DNA from: a bacterium
GTDB lineage: Bacteria > UBA8248
Assembly: GCA_963692865.2 (NCBI GenBank)
Contig: OY843592.1
Location: 3,616,001 to 3,680,000, forward strand
Length of the DNA stretch: 64,000 nt
Reading direction: 5' to 3'
In this document: one piece after another, positions 38,383 through 49,600 of the stretch
Numbering within the stretch: position 1 is the stretch's first letter
How the letters are laid out: the number at the start of each line of letters is the position of its first letter
Translations under genes and position numbers: made by a program
Notes under the pieces: generated by a model
Database searches by the model: none
What the model saw: the letters and a program-made list of their open reading frames with translations, nothing else
Told to the model about the DNA's origin: nothing

Positions 38383-40728
38383 TTGGACAACACCTTCATC
38401 ATCGTGTTCTGCCCGTTCGCAGCCGCCTTCGTCATCCCCTGGTTCGCAGAGCGCTTCCGCAAAAACGCCGCGTGGTTCGCCATGGCCGCGCCCCTCGTGA
38501 GCGCGTGGGCGCTCATCGGCCTCTACGGCGAATGGGCGGCGGGCGGGCGGCAGACCTTCACGCGCGCCGTCGCCTGGGTGCCCGCGGCGAACGTGGAAAT
38601 CTCCTTCATGGTGGACGGGCTGAGCCTCATGTGGGGCTTCCTCGTGGCGGGCATGGGCGCGCTCATCGTGCTGTATTCCCACTGGTATCTCCACGCGCAC
38701 GAGGCGCTGGGCCGCTACTACGGCTTCCTCATCGCGTTCATGGGCTCGATGCTGGGCGTCGTGTTCGCGGACCACCTGATATCGCTGTTCATCTTCTGGG
38801 AACTCACGAGCATTACCTCGTTCTTCCTCATCGGCTTCTGGTCGGACAGGGACGCCTCGAACTACGGCGCGACCAAGGCCATCCTCATCACGGGCAGCGG
38901 CGGTCTCGCCATGCTGGGGGGATTTTTGCTCCTGGGCGACGTGGCGGGCGAATGGCGGCTCTCCCAACTCGTGCTCATGCCGGACATCGCGAGCCGGTTG
39001 TCGCTCGGCGTATTCCTGCTCATCATCCTGGGCGCGGCCACCAAGAGCGCGCAGTGGCCCTTCCACATCTGGCTGCCGAACGCCATGGAAGCGCCCACGC
39101 CCATCAGCGCGTTCCTGCACTCGGCCACCATGGTGAAGGCGGGTATCTATCTCTTGTCGCGCTTCTACCCCATCCTGGGCGCGCACCCCGCCTGGGGCTA
39201 CGTCGTGACGGGCTTCGGCATGACGACGATGATAGCGGGGGGGATGCTCTCCCTGCGCGCCTATGACCTGAAAGCGATTCTGGCCTACGGCACCATCAGC
39301 CAGTTGGGCCTCATCGTCACCTTCCTGGGCTACGGCGGGAAGGGGGCGATCATCGGCGCGACGCTTCACCTCTACAACCACGCGGCGGCCAAGGCGGCGA
39401 TGTTCATGACGGTGGGCATCATCGACCACGAGGCGGGCACGCGCGACGTGCGGCTGCTGGGCAACCTGAAAAAACTCATGCCGAAGACGCACGTGCTGGC
39501 CGTCATCGCCGCGCTCAGCCTCATCGGCATACCGCCCATGGGCGGGTTCATCACCAAGGAGATGCTGTATGAGGTGAGTCTCCACCCCGGCGGCCCTGGA
39601 AACTGGAGCTGGTTCTGGCCGTATCTGACCGTATTCGCAGGGGTTTTCACGGCGCTCTATCACCTGAGGTTCCTGAGCGAGCCCTACTGGCAGGCGGCGG
39701 AAGGCGAAGCGCCCAAGCATCCCCACGACCCCCCTATAGGGATGCTGGCCGCGCCCGCGGTCCTGGTCGTCATGGCGCTCGCGTTCGGTCTCGCGCCGGG
39801 TCTGATAGAGAACGCCATCGTCGCGCCCGCCGCGGAGGCCACCCTGGGCGGCGGGGCGAAAGTGGAACTCCACCTCGCGCTCTGGCACGGGGTGAACCTG
39901 CCCTTGATCATGTCGGTCATCACGATGGCGCTGGGGCTGGCGCTCTACTTCGGCTTCGCGCACGTGAAGACGGTTCTCGACGCCTGCGCCCGCGCCTGGG
40001 GCAAGGCGCCCGCGCCCGACAGGGTATACAACGCATTCGTCGACTGGCTCAGGAACGGCACCTGGGAGATTCTGCTCCTCATCCAGGACGGGAATCTCAG
40101 GCGCTACATGCGCTACATGATGGTGCTGCCCGCCGCCGCCGCCCTCTACCTCGTCTGGCGGATGGACTGGGGGGCGAACGTCTTCCCCACGGGGTTCGCG
40201 GGCGCGTCGTTCCTGCTCGTCGTGATCGCGCTCATGATCATGGGCGCCGCTTTCGCCACCGCGCTGTTCAGGCGGAGAATCCCGGCGATTCTCGCCCTCG
40301 GCACGATGGGCTACGGCATCGCGGGGCTGTATCTGCTCCTGAAAGCCCCCGATCTGGCGCTCACCCAGATCATGGTCGAATCCGCCTCGGTCGTGCTCTT
40401 CCTGCTCGTGTTCTACTACCTGCCCGAACTCAAGCCCGTGCCTGTATCTGCGGCGAAGAAGATGCGCGACTGGGGGATCGCTATCGGTCTCGGCGTGTGC
40501 ACGACGCTCGTCATGGCCGCCGCCATGAACACGCACAAGTTCCGCACCATCGCGGACTACTTCATGCGCACGAGCAAGCCGGTGGCCGGCTTCAAGAACG
40601 TGGTGAACGCCATCATCGTCGATTACCGGGGCTACGACACGCTGGGCGAGATCACCGTGCTGGTCATCGCCGGCATCGCCGTCTACGCCCTCTTGCGGCT
40701 GGTGGGGGAGATGAAATGCGATCACTGA
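38383..40728 (+). CDS. mrpA: Na+/H+ antiporter Mrp subunit A
   Basis: [77 protein letters not shown]. Confidence 0.95.
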   Translation: MDNTFIIVFCPFAAAFVIPWFAERFRKNAAWFAMAAPLVSAWALIGLYGEWAAGGRQTFTRAVAWVPAANVEISFMVDGLSLMWGFLVAGMGALIVLYSHWYLHAHEALGRYYGFLIAFMGSMLGVVFADHLISLFIFWELTSITSFFLIGFWSDRDASNYGATKAILITGSGGLAMLGGFLLLGDVAGEWRLSQLVLMPDIASRLSLGVFLLIILGAATKSAQWPFHIWLPNAMEAPTPISAFLHSATMVKAGIYLLSRFYPILGAHPAWGYVVTGFGMTTMIAGGMLSLRAYDLKAILAYGTISQLGLIVTFLGYGGKGAIIGATLHLYNHAAAKAAMFMTVGIIDHEAGTRDVRLLGNLKKLMPKTHVLAVIAALSLIGIPPMGGFITKEMLYEVSLHPGGPGNWSWFWPYLTVFAGVFTALYHLRFLSEPYWQAAEGEAPKHPHDPPIGMLAAPAVLVVMALAFGLAPGLIENAIVAPAAEATLGGGAKVELHLALWHGVNLPLIMSVITMALGLALYFGFAHVKTVLDACARAWGKAPAPDRVYNAFVDWLRNGTWEILLLIQDGNLRRYMRYMMVLPAAAALYLVWRMDWGANVFPTGFAGASFLLVVIALMIMGAAFATALFRRRIPAILALGTMGYGIAGLYLLLKAPDLALTQIMVESASVVLFLLVFYYLPELKPVPVSAAKKMRDWGIAIGLGVCTTLVMAAAMNTHKFRTIADYFMRTSKPVAGFKNVVNAIIVDYRGYDTLGEITVLVIAGIAVYALLRLVGEMKCDH

Positions 40729-41156
40729 TCCTGCGGACGATAGCGCCCGCCGTGCTGCACCTGACGCTGCTGTTCTCCATGTTCCTGCTCATCTACGGCC
40801 ACAACCAGCCGGGCGGCGGCTTCATCGCGGGGCTGATGACGTCGGTGGGCGTCGTGCTCCAGTGGGTGGCGGTGGACGCGGAGGAAGGCCGCAGGCGGTT
40901 CAACTGGCCGTATGAGGGGATATTCCTCGCGGGGCTTGCGCTCTCCACCCTCACGGGGGTGTGGGGCTACGTCAAGGGCGCGTATCTCAAGAGCTCGATA
41001 TACCGCTTCGAGGTGCCCTTCATCGGCGACGTGGAACTGTTCACCGCGTTCATCTTCGACGTGGGCGTATACGGCGTGGTGGTGGGCGTCGTGATGTGCA
41101 TCTTCACCAACCTCTGCGAGGAGGAGACGAAGGAGGTGGAGGCGGAGGGGGAATAG
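40716..41156 (+). CDS. mrpB: Na+/H+ antiporter Mrp subunit B
   Basis: MRSLILRT...[13 protein letters not shown]...FDVGVY. Confidence 0.92.
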   Translation: MRSLILRTIAPAVLHLTLLFSMFLLIYGHNQPGGGFIAGLMTSVGVVLQWVAVDAEEGRRRFNWPYEGIFLAGLALSTLTGVWGYVKGAYLKSSIYRFEVPFIGDVELFTAFIFDVGVYGVVVGVVMCIFTNLCEEETKEVEAEGE

Positions 41157-41182
41157 TCTAAGGGGAGATAGAAAAAACACTT

Positions 41183-41365
41183 CCCCCTTGAGGGGGTTGT
41201 TGGAAAAGCCTTCTGACAGGGTAAAGGCAACCCCCCCTACCCCCCCTTGTCAGGGGGGTATAAAAAGGCGACGGCCCCTCGCCGGGTAGACGGGTAGACG
41301 GGTAGAGAGGCTTTGGCTCTTTCTTGCCCCCCTGACAAGGGGGGGTTGGGGGGGTTGGTTTTCAG
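41183..41365. repeat. Composite C/G-rich palindromic repeat inside the mrp operon
   Basis: Copy of the 32209/38004 element between mrpB and mrpC. Confidence 0.8.
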
Positions 41366-41458
41366 GGCAGGAGAATGACGAGCAGGGCGGGTTTTCCATC
41401 GGGCATTCCCCTCGGGATGCCCGACCCCGCAAGAGCGGAGCAACAAGGAGACGTTAAC

Positions 41459-41809
41459 GTGGTCTGGACACTGGCGATAATCATCGGCGCCCTGGTGACG
41501 GCGGCTTCCTACCTCATCATGCAGCGCCGGATCATCCAGGTGGTGCTCGGCATGGCGGTGCTCAGCCACGCCGCGAACCTGATGATCGTCGCCTCGGGCT
41601 GGGTGGGGGACGGAAAGGCGCCCATCGTCCCCAAGACCGGCGGCCCGCTCGACCCGTTCGCCTACGTCGACCCCCTGCCCCAGGCCATGGTGCTGACCGC
41701 CATCGTCATCAGCCTGGCCGTGACGGCGTTCCTGCTCGTGCTCGCGTTCTTCACGTACAAGAAGTTCGGCACCGACGACATCGACGAGATCAGGAGGCTC
41801 AAGGGATGA
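41459..41809 (+). CDS. mrpC: Na+/H+ antiporter Mrp subunit C
   Basis: AAGGAG RBS before GTG 41459; LSHAANL, DPLPQAMVLTAIVI. Confidence 0.92.
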   Translation: MVWTLAIIIGALVTAASYLIMQRRIIQVVLGMAVLSHAANLMIVASGWVGDGKAPIVPKTGGPLDPFAYVDPLPQAMVLTAIVISLAVTAFLLVLAFFTYKKFGTDDIDEIRRLKG

Positions 41810-43281
41810 ACGCCCTCTTCCCGCTCTTCGTCGTCTTGCCGCTGGCGGTGGGCACGTTCCTGTTCCTGGTGCGCAAGAACCGCGCGCTCCAGGAATCGGT
41901 GAGCATGCTGGCGCTTCTGGTGAACCTGATCCTGGCGGGGGTGCTCCTGAGCGCGACGGCGGACGGGACGATCTTCGTCCACCGGATGGGTCTGTGGCCC
42001 TTCCCCTACGCCATCGTCCTGGCGGCGGACAGGCTCGCCGCGACGCTATTGTGCCTCTCCTCCTCCATCGTGGGGGCGTGCGCCGTCTTCGCGAGGAGCT
42101 ATCTCACGGATGCGCAGCGCAAAGAGGCCTTTCACCCCCTGCTGCACTTCCTCCTCATGGGGATGCAGGGGTGCTTCATCACGGGCGACCTGTTCAACCT
42201 CTTCGTCTTCTTCGAGGTCATGCTCATGGCCACCTACGCATTGTTGGGCTTCTACTACAACCTCGACCAGCTCGAGATGGCCTTCAAGTACACCTGCATG
42301 AACCTGATCGCCTCGGCGCTCTTCCTGCTCGGCGTCTCGCTCCTCTACGCGCAGGTGGGCACGGTGAACATGGCCGATCTGGCCGTGAAGATAAAGCTCT
42401 TGGGCCCGACGCCGCTGATGGTGGTGACGGCCCTGGTGTTCGTATTCGTATTCAGCGTCAAGGCGGCGATATTCCCGATGCACCTGTGGCTGCCCTCCGC
42501 GCACTCGATATCGCCCACCCCCATCAGCGCGATCCTCGCGGGCGTGCTCGTCAAGGTGGGCATCTACTCCATCATCCGCTGCGCGACGCTCATCTTCCCG
42601 GCGGCGTTTTTGATACTGCAACCGGGGCTCATCGCCCTGTGCCTCCTGACCATCGCCATGGGCGCGCTCGGCACCCTGCCCCAGACGAGCATCAAGCGCG
42701 TCCTCGCCTACAGCACCATCAACCAGCTGGGCTACATCGCCTTCGGCGTCGCCCTGCTCTCCCAAGCCGGCCTCGCGGCGGCGGTCTTCTACATCGTCGG
42801 CCACGCGTATCTGAAGAGCGCGATGCTGCTCGGCGCGGGTCTCAACCAGAAGCTCACCGGCACGGTCGATCTCGAAGAGATGGGCGGCATGATGGGCAAG
42901 GCGCCCTTCGCGAGCCTGCTGATGCTGGTGGGGTTCCTGTCGCTGGCGGGCTTTCCGCCGTTCACGGGCTTTTTCGCCAAGCTCTTCGTGCTCCAGGCGG
43001 GCTTCGCACAGGGCGCGATACTCGCCACGGGGATCGCCCTGGGATTCGGCATCATATCGCTTTATTATAATTTCACGACGTACCAGCGCTACGCCTGGGG
43101 GACGGGCGGCGGCGAGGTCGGGACGGCGGGCGCAGGGATATACGGCTCGGTCGCCTTCCTCTCGGCCTTCGCGGTCGTCTTCGGGCTGGGCGCCTACTGG
43201 CTCTTCGAGTGGGCGCAGCTCGTGGCCGCCCAGATCACGAACCCCGAACTCTACATCGCCGCCATGCGGGATTTGGGATAG
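41806..43281 (+). CDS. mrpD: Na+/H+ antiporter Mrp subunit D
   Basis: TGDLFNLFVFFEVML, KAAIFPMHLWLP, KRVLAYSTI, GFPPFTGFFAK. Confidence 0.94.
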   Translation: MNALFPLFVVLPLAVGTFLFLVRKNRALQESVSMLALLVNLILAGVLLSATADGTIFVHRMGLWPFPYAIVLAADRLAATLLCLSSSIVGACAVFARSYLTDAQRKEAFHPLLHFLLMGMQGCFITGDLFNLFVFFEVMLMATYALLGFYYNLDQLEMAFKYTCMNLIASALFLLGVSLLYAQVGTVNMADLAVKIKLLGPTPLMVVTALVFVFVFSVKAAIFPMHLWLPSAHSISPTPISAILAGVLVKVGIYSIIRCATLIFPAAFLILQPGLIALCLLTIAMGALGTLPQTSIKRVLAYSTINQLGYIAFGVALLSQAGLAAAVFYIVGHAYLKSAMLLGAGLNQKLTGTVDLEEMGGMMGKAPFASLLMLVGFLSLAGFPPFTGFFAKLFVLQAGFAQGAILATGIALGFGIISLYYNFTTYQRYAWGTGGGEVGTAGAGIYGSVAFLSAFAVVFGLGAYWLFEWAQLVAAQITNPELYIAAMRDLG

Positions 43282-43293
43282 GAGAGACGACCG

Positions 43294-43767
43294 ATGCCGC
43301 TCGCCACGCTCGCGTTCACCATCGCCACCATCTGGATATTCCTGCACGGGAGCGCGACGCCGGGGCATTTCTTCGTAGGCCTCGTCATGGCGCTCTTCAT
43401 CATCCGCTTCCTCAAGAAATCCTACTACCAGGACAGGACGTTCTTCCGCATCGGCAGCTATTTCAGATACTTGCGCAGCTTCACCTGGGAGTTGTTCATC
43501 GCCAACGTCCAGGTGCTGAAAATCGTGCTCGCCCCCCGGCTTTCGATACGCCCGGGCATCATCCCCTACAAGACGGTCTGCAAGACGCCCCTGGGCGTGA
43601 CGATGCTGGCGAATTCCATCACGCTCACGCCCGGCACGTTGAGCATCGACGTGTCGGACGACGACGAGACGATTTTCGTCCACACGCTCGACATCGACCA
43701 CCCCGACGAGGTGGCCGAGAGCATCCGGGAGGGGCTGGAAGAACCCATCGTGGGAGCCGTGGAATGA
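43294..43767 (+). CDS. mrpE: Na+/H+ antiporter Mrp subunit E
   Basis: LANSITLTPGTLSIDV, FVHTLD. Confidence 0.93.
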   Translation: MPLATLAFTIATIWIFLHGSATPGHFFVGLVMALFIIRFLKKSYYQDRTFFRIGSYFRYLRSFTWELFIANVQVLKIVLAPRLSIRPGIIPYKTVCKTPLGVTMLANSITLTPGTLSIDVSDDDETIFVHTLDIDHPDEVAESIREGLEEPIVGAVE

Positions 43768-44033
43768 TAGAGACGGCCGTACAGATAAGCCTGCTCATGC
43801 TGGGCGCATCGGTGCTCCTCGCTTTCATCCGCCTCGCGAAGGGACCCACGACCTCGGACCGCGTGGTGGCGGCGGACACCCTCGCCACGAACGTGCTCGG
43901 CGTCATCGCGCTGTTCGCCGTCCAGACGCACAACAAGCTGTTCATCATCGCCGTGCTCGCCCTGGCCATCCTGAGCTTCGTGGGCACGACGGTCTACGCG
44001 AAGTTCCTGGAGAGGGGGAAGATCATTGAGTGA
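43764..44033 (+). CDS. mrpF: Na+/H+ antiporter Mrp subunit F
   Basis: RLAKGPTTSDRVVAAD...LSFVGT; ATG overlaps the mrpE stop. Confidence 0.92.
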   Translation: MIETAVQISLLMLGASVLLAFIRLAKGPTTSDRVVAADTLATNVLGVIALFAVQTHNKLFIIAVLALAILSFVGTTVYAKFLERGKIIE

Positions 44034-44397
44034 TGCGCTCGCCGCCTTCCTGCTGCTGGGGGGCTCGTTCTTCATGCTGGTCGCGAGCATCGGCCTCGTG
44101 CGCCTGCCCGACGTCTACTGCCGCATGCACGCCGCCACCAAGGCGACGACCTTCGGCATGGGCGGCATCCTCCTGGGTGCGAGCCTCATCTTCCAGAGCG
44201 CCGCCGTCACGACGCAGGCGCTTCTGGCCATTTTCTTCCTGTTCCTGACCGCGCCCGTCGCCGCGCACCTGATATCGAGGGCGGCCTACAAGCGCGGGCC
44301 CGACCTCTGCGCCGAGACGGCGCACGATGCATACGGAAAGTATCTGGAGGGCCAAAAGTCGGAGGAGAAGTCCCCCGACCAGTACGGGGACGCGTAG
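44026..44397 (+). CDS. mrpG: Na+/H+ antiporter Mrp subunit G
   Basis: GLVRLPDVYCRMHAATKATTFG, LTAPVAAHLISRAAY. Confidence 0.93.
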   Translation: MSDALAAFLLLGGSFFMLVASIGLVRLPDVYCRMHAATKATTFGMGGILLGASLIFQSAAVTTQALLAIFFLFLTAPVAAHLISRAAYKRGPDLCAETAHDAYGKYLEGQKSEEKSPDQYGDA

Positions 44398-44447
44398 CAG
44401 ATCATCGCGAATCAGGGTTGTTGAAAAAGCCACCTGACAAAGGGGTT

Positions 44448-44520
44448 TGTAGGGGTCGCATACATGCGACCCGGCCTTTTTTCGCCGCCCAGCCATGGGC
44501 CGCATATATGCGGCCCCTAC
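44448..44520. repeat. GTAG-type REP-like doublet
   Basis: GTAGGGGTCGCATACATGCGACCC...GGGCCGCATATATGCGGCCCCTAC; equivalent doublets at 57978-58049 and 59654-59719. Confidence 0.8.
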
Positions 44521-44671
44521 ACGAGCATTGACATCCCGACCAAGGGGGGATGGTTTCACAATCGTATGTCGATTGAAAAATCCATACCCCGTGATTGCGC
44601 ATTTGTTCCATCACGCCTAAAATCGGGCGCGTTTCTGCCGCCAATACCCATTCATACGGAGAAACGAACTC

Positions 44672-45271
44672 ATGAAACGATTTGCGAAATATGTCGTGAT
44701 GCTGATCGCGGCGGCATGGCTGACGGCGCCCGCCCTCTCGCACGCCGCCGAGTGGAGAATCGACGCCACCCACACGACAGTAAGCTTCAAGGTGCGCCAC
44801 CTGGGCGTCACCTGGGTGCGGGGGGAATTCCAAAAAGTGTCGGGCACGGTCCGCTACGACCGGAAGAACCCCGGCGCCTCGGCTGCGAACATCGTCATCG
44901 ACGCCGACTCGATCAACACGCGCAACGCGCGGCGCGACAACCACCTCCGGAACGACGACTTCCTGCTCGTCGAGAAGCATCCCTCCATCACGTTCAAGTC
45001 GAAATCCGTGAAGAATGCGGGCGCGGAGGGCCTCGACCTCGTCGGGGATCTGACCATCCGCGGCGTCACGCGAGAAGTGGTCCTCAAGGTGGCCGACATC
45101 AGCGGGGAGGTCGAAACGCGGCGGGGGACCTTGAAGATGGGCGCCAGCGCCGCCACGCGGATCAACCGCAAGGATTTCGGGGTGAAGTACAACCGCCTGC
45201 TCGAAGCGGGCGGGCTCGTCGTGGGCGACGAGGTGCGCATCACCATCGACGTGGAGTTGAACAAGCGATAG
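44672..45271 (+). CDS. YceI family lipid/polyisoprenoid-binding protein
   Basis: Signal peptide; WRIDATHT...FKVRHLG...SINTRNARRDNHLR...GDLTIRGVT...INRKDFG. Confidence 0.93.
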   Translation: MKRFAKYVVMLIAAAWLTAPALSHAAEWRIDATHTTVSFKVRHLGVTWVRGEFQKVSGTVRYDRKNPGASAANIVIDADSINTRNARRDNHLRNDDFLLVEKHPSITFKSKSVKNAGAEGLDLVGDLTIRGVTREVVLKVADISGEVETRRGTLKMGASAATRINRKDFGVKYNRLLEAGGLVVGDEVRITIDVELNKR

Positions 45272-45419
45272 CGCGAGGGCGCTCCGCACGGATAGCTTCC
45301 GCCGCTTTTTTTGGCGTTTTGTGGTATACTCGCGCCATCCGAAATAGGTCTCACTTAATAGAATTTCACAGACAACCCCGCACAAGACCCCCTTTGGGGA
45401 AAATGAGGAGGATAATCCT

Positions 45420-46769
45420 ATGACAATCAAGAGAACGACTCTCTGGACCATCGCGTTCGGCTTGGCGCTGGCCGTCCTGGCGGCGCCCCTCGGCGCGGGC
45501 GCGCTCGAGAAGAAGCTCGTCATCGTCACGTCCTACCCGCCGGACACGACGACCACCGTCAAGAAGGCTTTCGAGAAGAAACACCCCGGCGTCAAGGTCG
45601 AGATGCTCAAGAAAAAGACCACCGCCGGCATCAAGTACTTACAAGAAACCGCCTCCAACAACCGCTCCGACATGTTCTGGGCATCCGCGCCCGACGCCTT
45701 CGAGGTGCTGAAGGGCGACAACCTGCTCCAGAAATACAAGGTCAAGATCAAGGGCATTCCCAAGAAGGTGGGCGCTTTCCCGATCAACGACCCCGAGGGC
45801 TACTACAAGGGGTTCGCGGCCTCGGGCTACGGCATCATGTGGAACACCCGCTACCTCAAGGCCAAGAAGCTGCCCGCGCCCGGGACCTGGGCCGATCTGG
45901 CCAAGCCCGTCTACCACGGCCACGTCGGCATGAGCGCGCCCTCGCGCTCGGGCACCACCCACCTCACCGTCGAGACCCTCCTGCAGGGCAAGGGCTGGGA
46001 GAAGGGCTGGGCCGAGTGGAAGGCCATCGCAGGGAACTTCAAGACAGTCACCGAGCGCAGCTTCGGCGTGCCCGACGGCGTGAACTCCGGCCAGTTCGGC
46101 CTGGGCATCGTGATCGACTTCTTCGGCCTCTCGTCGGAGGCTTCGGGCTTCCCCGTAAAGTTCATCTACCCGCCGGTGACGACGCTGGTGCCCGCGAACA
46201 TCGCCATCGTCAAGAACGCGCCGCATCCCAAGGCCGCGGCGGCGTTCATCGAGTTCCTGCTCTCGCCCCCGGGCCAGGAAGTGCTGCTCAACCCGAAAAT
46301 CAGGCGCCTGCCCGTCAACCCGGCGACCTACGCCAAGGCGCCCGCCGACTTCCCGAACCCGTTCAAGGACAAGTCCATCGGCGCGGCGGTCAAGTTCGAC
46401 TTGCAACTTTCGAAGGGCCGCTACAACGTCATCAACTCGCTGTTCGACGTGATGGTCACCTACCGCCTGAGCGATCTGCGCGCGGCGACCAAGGCCATCC
46501 AGACCGCCGAGGCGCAAATGGGCGGCAAGAAGAACGCCGCGGCCAGGAAGCTGATCGACGAGGCGAAGGCGCTCGTCGCCAAGGTGCCCATCACCGCCGC
46601 CCAGGCGAGCAAGAAGGAATTCAACGCGATCTTCAAGAAAAAGCGCAAGAAGGCGACCACGAAGGTGACGGGCCGCCAGGCCGAGATCGAACGTGAATGG
46701 GACGCGCAGGTCAAGGCCAACTACGCCAGGGCGAAGGCGCTGGCCGTGAAGGCGGCGTCCATGCTCTAG
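45420..46769 (+). CDS. ABC transporter substrate-binding protein (Fe3+/AfuA/PgtC-like family)
   Basis: Signal peptide; DMFWASAPDAF, SGYGIMWN, APSRSGTTH, APHPKAAAAFIEFLLS. Confidence 0.85.
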   Translation: MTIKRTTLWTIAFGLALAVLAAPLGAGALEKKLVIVTSYPPDTTTTVKKAFEKKHPGVKVEMLKKKTTAGIKYLQETASNNRSDMFWASAPDAFEVLKGDNLLQKYKVKIKGIPKKVGAFPINDPEGYYKGFAASGYGIMWNTRYLKAKKLPAPGTWADLAKPVYHGHVGMSAPSRSGTTHLTVETLLQGKGWEKGWAEWKAIAGNFKTVTERSFGVPDGVNSGQFGLGIVIDFFGLSSEASGFPVKFIYPPVTTLVPANIAIVKNAPHPKAAAAFIEFLLSPPGQEVLLNPKIRRLPVNPATYAKAPADFPNPFKDKSIGAAVKFDLQLSKGRYNVINSLFDVMVTYRLSDLRAATKAIQTAEAQMGGKKNAAARKLIDEAKALVAKVPITAAQASKKEFNAIFKKKRKKATTKVTGRQAEIEREWDAQVKANYARAKALAVKAASML

Positions 46770-46799
46770 CCTTCGGGCCGGCGCGGAGAAGGGGGAAGA

Positions 46800-48515
46800 A
46801 TGTCTCTGGAAGCGATGGCGCGCGGCCAGTGGGGGCCGGCGGCGGTGGGCCTCATCGTCGGTCTGTTCCTGCTCGCCTTCCTGGTCGTGCCCGTCGTGAA
46901 CGTGATATACGTCGCCTTCCAGGACCCGAACACGGGCGCGCTGACGCTCATCAACTTCGTCGACTTCTTCCGCAACAACCTGTTTCAGGAATCCGCCCTC
47001 AACTCGATCTACGTCGCCTTGATGTCGGTGGTGCTGGCGTCGTGCTTCGCGCTGCCGCTCTCCTATTTCACGACCCGCTTCAATTTCGGCGGCGCCATCC
47101 TCATCCAGACCCTCGGCGTGCTCCCGCTCATCATGCCGCCCTTCGTAGGCGCCGTGGCGATGCTCCTCCTGCTCGGCGAGAACGGATCGGTCAACCTGCT
47201 GCTGGATGAGTGGTTCGGCTTCACCATCCCCTTCATGGAAGGGCTGAACGGCGTCATCCTGGTCGAGAGCATCCACTATTTCCCGTTCATCCTCATGAAT
47301 CTTTCGGCCTCGCTCAACAACATCGACCGGGCAATGGAGGAATCCGCACAGAACCTGGGCGCCAGCGGGGTGCGCCTGTTCCGGCGCATCGTGTTCCCGC
47401 TGGCCATGCCCGGCTACGTCGCGGGCGCGTCCCTCGTGTTCCTCAAGGTGTTCGACGACATCGGCACGCCGCTATTGCTCAACATCAACAACATGCTGGC
47501 GCCCCAGGCGTATCTCCGCATCGCTTCCATCGGCATATCGGACCCGATGGGCTACGTGATCTCGGTCATCCTCGTCATATTCTCCCTGCTGGCGCTCTGG
47601 ATCTCGTTCCTGGCGCTTCGGGGCAAGGACTACGCCACCGTCCAGAAGGGCGGCGGCGGGCTGATGAAGCGCGACCTGCGGCCCTGGGAGAAGGCCGTCT
47701 GCTACGGCGTCGTCATCTTCATCCTGCTTTTGGTGCTCTCGCCGCACTTCGGCCTCGCCATTCTTTCTCTCGGCACGGTCTGGTCGTTCAGCGTGCTGCC
47801 CGACGCCTATACTTACGCGCACTATATGCGGGTGGTCTCGGAATCATCGGAGTTCATCACGAACACGCTGCTATACGCCGGCCTCGCCGCGGGGATCGAC
47901 GTCCTCTTCGGCACGGCCATCGCCTATATCGTCCTGCGCACGAATCTGGCCGCCCGGCAGTGGCTGGACTACGCCGCGATGGGGGCGGTGGCGATTCCCG
48001 GCGTGGTGCTCGGCATCGGCTATCTGCGCACGTTCTACGCGTTCAACGTGCCGATCATCGACAAGCCCCTGGCGTCGTGGTGGGTCATCATCGTCGTCGC
48101 CCTCGCCATCCGGCGCCTGCCCTACGCGCTGCGCGCCTGCGTCGCGGCGTTGCAGCAGCTCAGCGTCATGCTCGAAGAGGCCGCCGAGAACCTGGGAGCG
48201 ACCAAGGGCCGCACCATCCGCCGGATCGTCGTGCCGCTCATGTCGGGCGGCATCGTGGCGGGCTTCGTCACCAGCTTCGCCACCGCGTCGGTCGAGTTGT
48301 CCACGACCATCATGCTGGTGTCGCAGGAATCGGACGCCCCGCTCGCATTCGGCATCTACGAGTTCATGCAGTCAGCGGCGGGACGCGGCCCGGGCGCGGC
48401 GCTGGGCATCATCGCCGTGGTCATCGTCGGGGTCGCGACCTACGTCTCGCACCGCTTCATCCAGCGCAAAGAGACGCGCCAGACGCCGGATATGGCCATC
48501 GCCGCAGGAGTCTGA
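46800..48515 (+). CDS. Iron(III)-type ABC transporter permease (duplicated domains)
   Basis: Two EAA loops (MEESAQNLGA, LEEAAENLGA); PPFVGA. Confidence 0.9.
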   Translation: MSLEAMARGQWGPAAVGLIVGLFLLAFLVVPVVNVIYVAFQDPNTGALTLINFVDFFRNNLFQESALNSIYVALMSVVLASCFALPLSYFTTRFNFGGAILIQTLGVLPLIMPPFVGAVAMLLLLGENGSVNLLLDEWFGFTIPFMEGLNGVILVESIHYFPFILMNLSASLNNIDRAMEESAQNLGASGVRLFRRIVFPLAMPGYVAGASLVFLKVFDDIGTPLLLNINNMLAPQAYLRIASIGISDPMGYVISVILVIFSLLALWISFLALRGKDYATVQKGGGGLMKRDLRPWEKAVCYGVVIFILLLVLSPHFGLAILSLGTVWSFSVLPDAYTYAHYMRVVSESSEFITNTLLYAGLAAGIDVLFGTAIAYIVLRTNLAARQWLDYAAMGAVAIPGVVLGIGYLRTFYAFNVPIIDKPLASWWVIIVVALAIRRLPYALRACVAALQQLSVMLEEAAENLGATKGRTIRRIVVPLMSGGIVAGFVTSFATASVELSTTIMLVSQESDAPLAFGIYEFMQSAAGRGPGAALGIIAVVIVGVATYVSHRFIQRKETRQTPDMAIAAGV

Positions 48516-48517
48516 GA

Positions 48518-49600
48518 ATGACATCATTACACGCCGCAAGCGTCGTCATCGAACGGTTGAGCCTCGCCTACGATGCGACCGACGTGCTCAAGGACGTGAA
48601 CCTGCGCATCGAACCGGGCGAGTTGTTCACCTTCCTGGGACCGTCGGGCTCCGGCAAATCGACCCTGCTGCGCGCGGTCGCCGGCTTCGGCCCCACGCCC
48701 AGGGGGCGCATCCTGATCGGAGAAGACGACGTGACGCGCCTCCCGCCGTGGCGGCGCAACGTCGGCATGGTGTTCCAGTCCTACGCGCTCTGGCCGCACA
48801 TGACGGTGCGCAGAAACGTCGCCTTCGGCCTGGAGGAGCGCAAGACGCCCGCCGCCGAGATACCGAAGCGCGTCGACGCCGCACTCGATATGGTCGGGCT
48901 TCTGGAGTTCGGCGAGCGGCGCCCCTCGCAGCTGTCCGGCGGACAGCAGCAACGGGTCGCGCTGGCCCGCACCATCGTCGTCGAACCCCGCGTGCTCCTG
49001 CTGGATGAGCCGCTCTCGAACCTGGACGCCAACCTGCGCGTGCAGATGCGCCGCGAGATTCTGGACTTACAGCGCGAACTGGAACTCACCACCATCTTCG
49101 TCACCCACGACCAGGAGGAAGCCAACACCATCTCGGATCGCATCGCCGTGCTCGACGGCGGCGTCCTCCAGCAGGTGGGACAGCCCATGGAACTCTACGA
49201 CGAGCCGGTCAACCGCTTCGTCGCCCACTTCCTGGGCACGGCGAACCTCATGGACGGGCGGGTCGAGACGGGGACGGAGGGGGCGCGCTTCGCCACGGCC
49301 GGCGGCATCGTCTTCCCGCTCGCGGGAGAAGCCCTTGCGGCAGGCGAAAACCGGACCGCCGTGTTCCGGCCGCAGGACGTGGCGGTCGCAGCGCCGGGCG
49401 AGACGCTTCCCGGAATCGTCCTGACGGGCCGGGTGCGGCACCGCGAGTTCCTCGGCAACCTCCTGCGCTACAGCGTCGCGGTCGGCGAGGACACCCTGCT
49501 GGTGGACGACACCCACCACCCGGGCCGCCGAGCCTTCGCCGTGGGCGATGAGGTCGCCCTGGGCCTGGGCGGAGAGCAGATACGCATTCTCGAACCTTGA
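48518..49600 (+). CDS. ABC transporter ATP-binding protein (FbpC/PotA-like)
   Basis: GPSGSGKST, FQSYALWPH, LSGGQQQRVA, LLDEPLSNLD; TOBE-like C-terminus. Confidence 0.92.
   Translation: MTSLHAASVVIERLSLAYDATDVLKDVNLRIEPGELFTFLGPSGSGKSTLLRAVAGFGPTPRGRILIGEDDVTRLPPWRRNVGMVFQSYALWPHMTVRRNVAFGLEERKTPAAEIPKRVDAALDMVGLLEFGERRPSQLSGGQQQRVALARTIVVEPRVLLLDEPLSNLDANLRVQMRREILDLQRELELTTIFVTHDQEEANTISDRIAVLDGGVLQQVGQPMELYDEPVNRFVAHFLGTANLMDGRVETGTEGARFATAGGIVFPLAGEALAAGENRTAVFRPQDVAVAAPGETLPGIVLTGRVRHREFLGNLLRYSVAVGEDTLLVDDTHHPGRRAFAVGDEVALGLGGEQIRILEP

Noticed and set aside
38125-40725. 866-aa minus-strand ORF and other long antisense ORFs (e.g. 42046-43701, 16034-17713, 62830-63957)
   Set aside because: They lie opposite well-supported genes and reflect stop-codon scarcity in GC-rich DNA; none shows family motifs.
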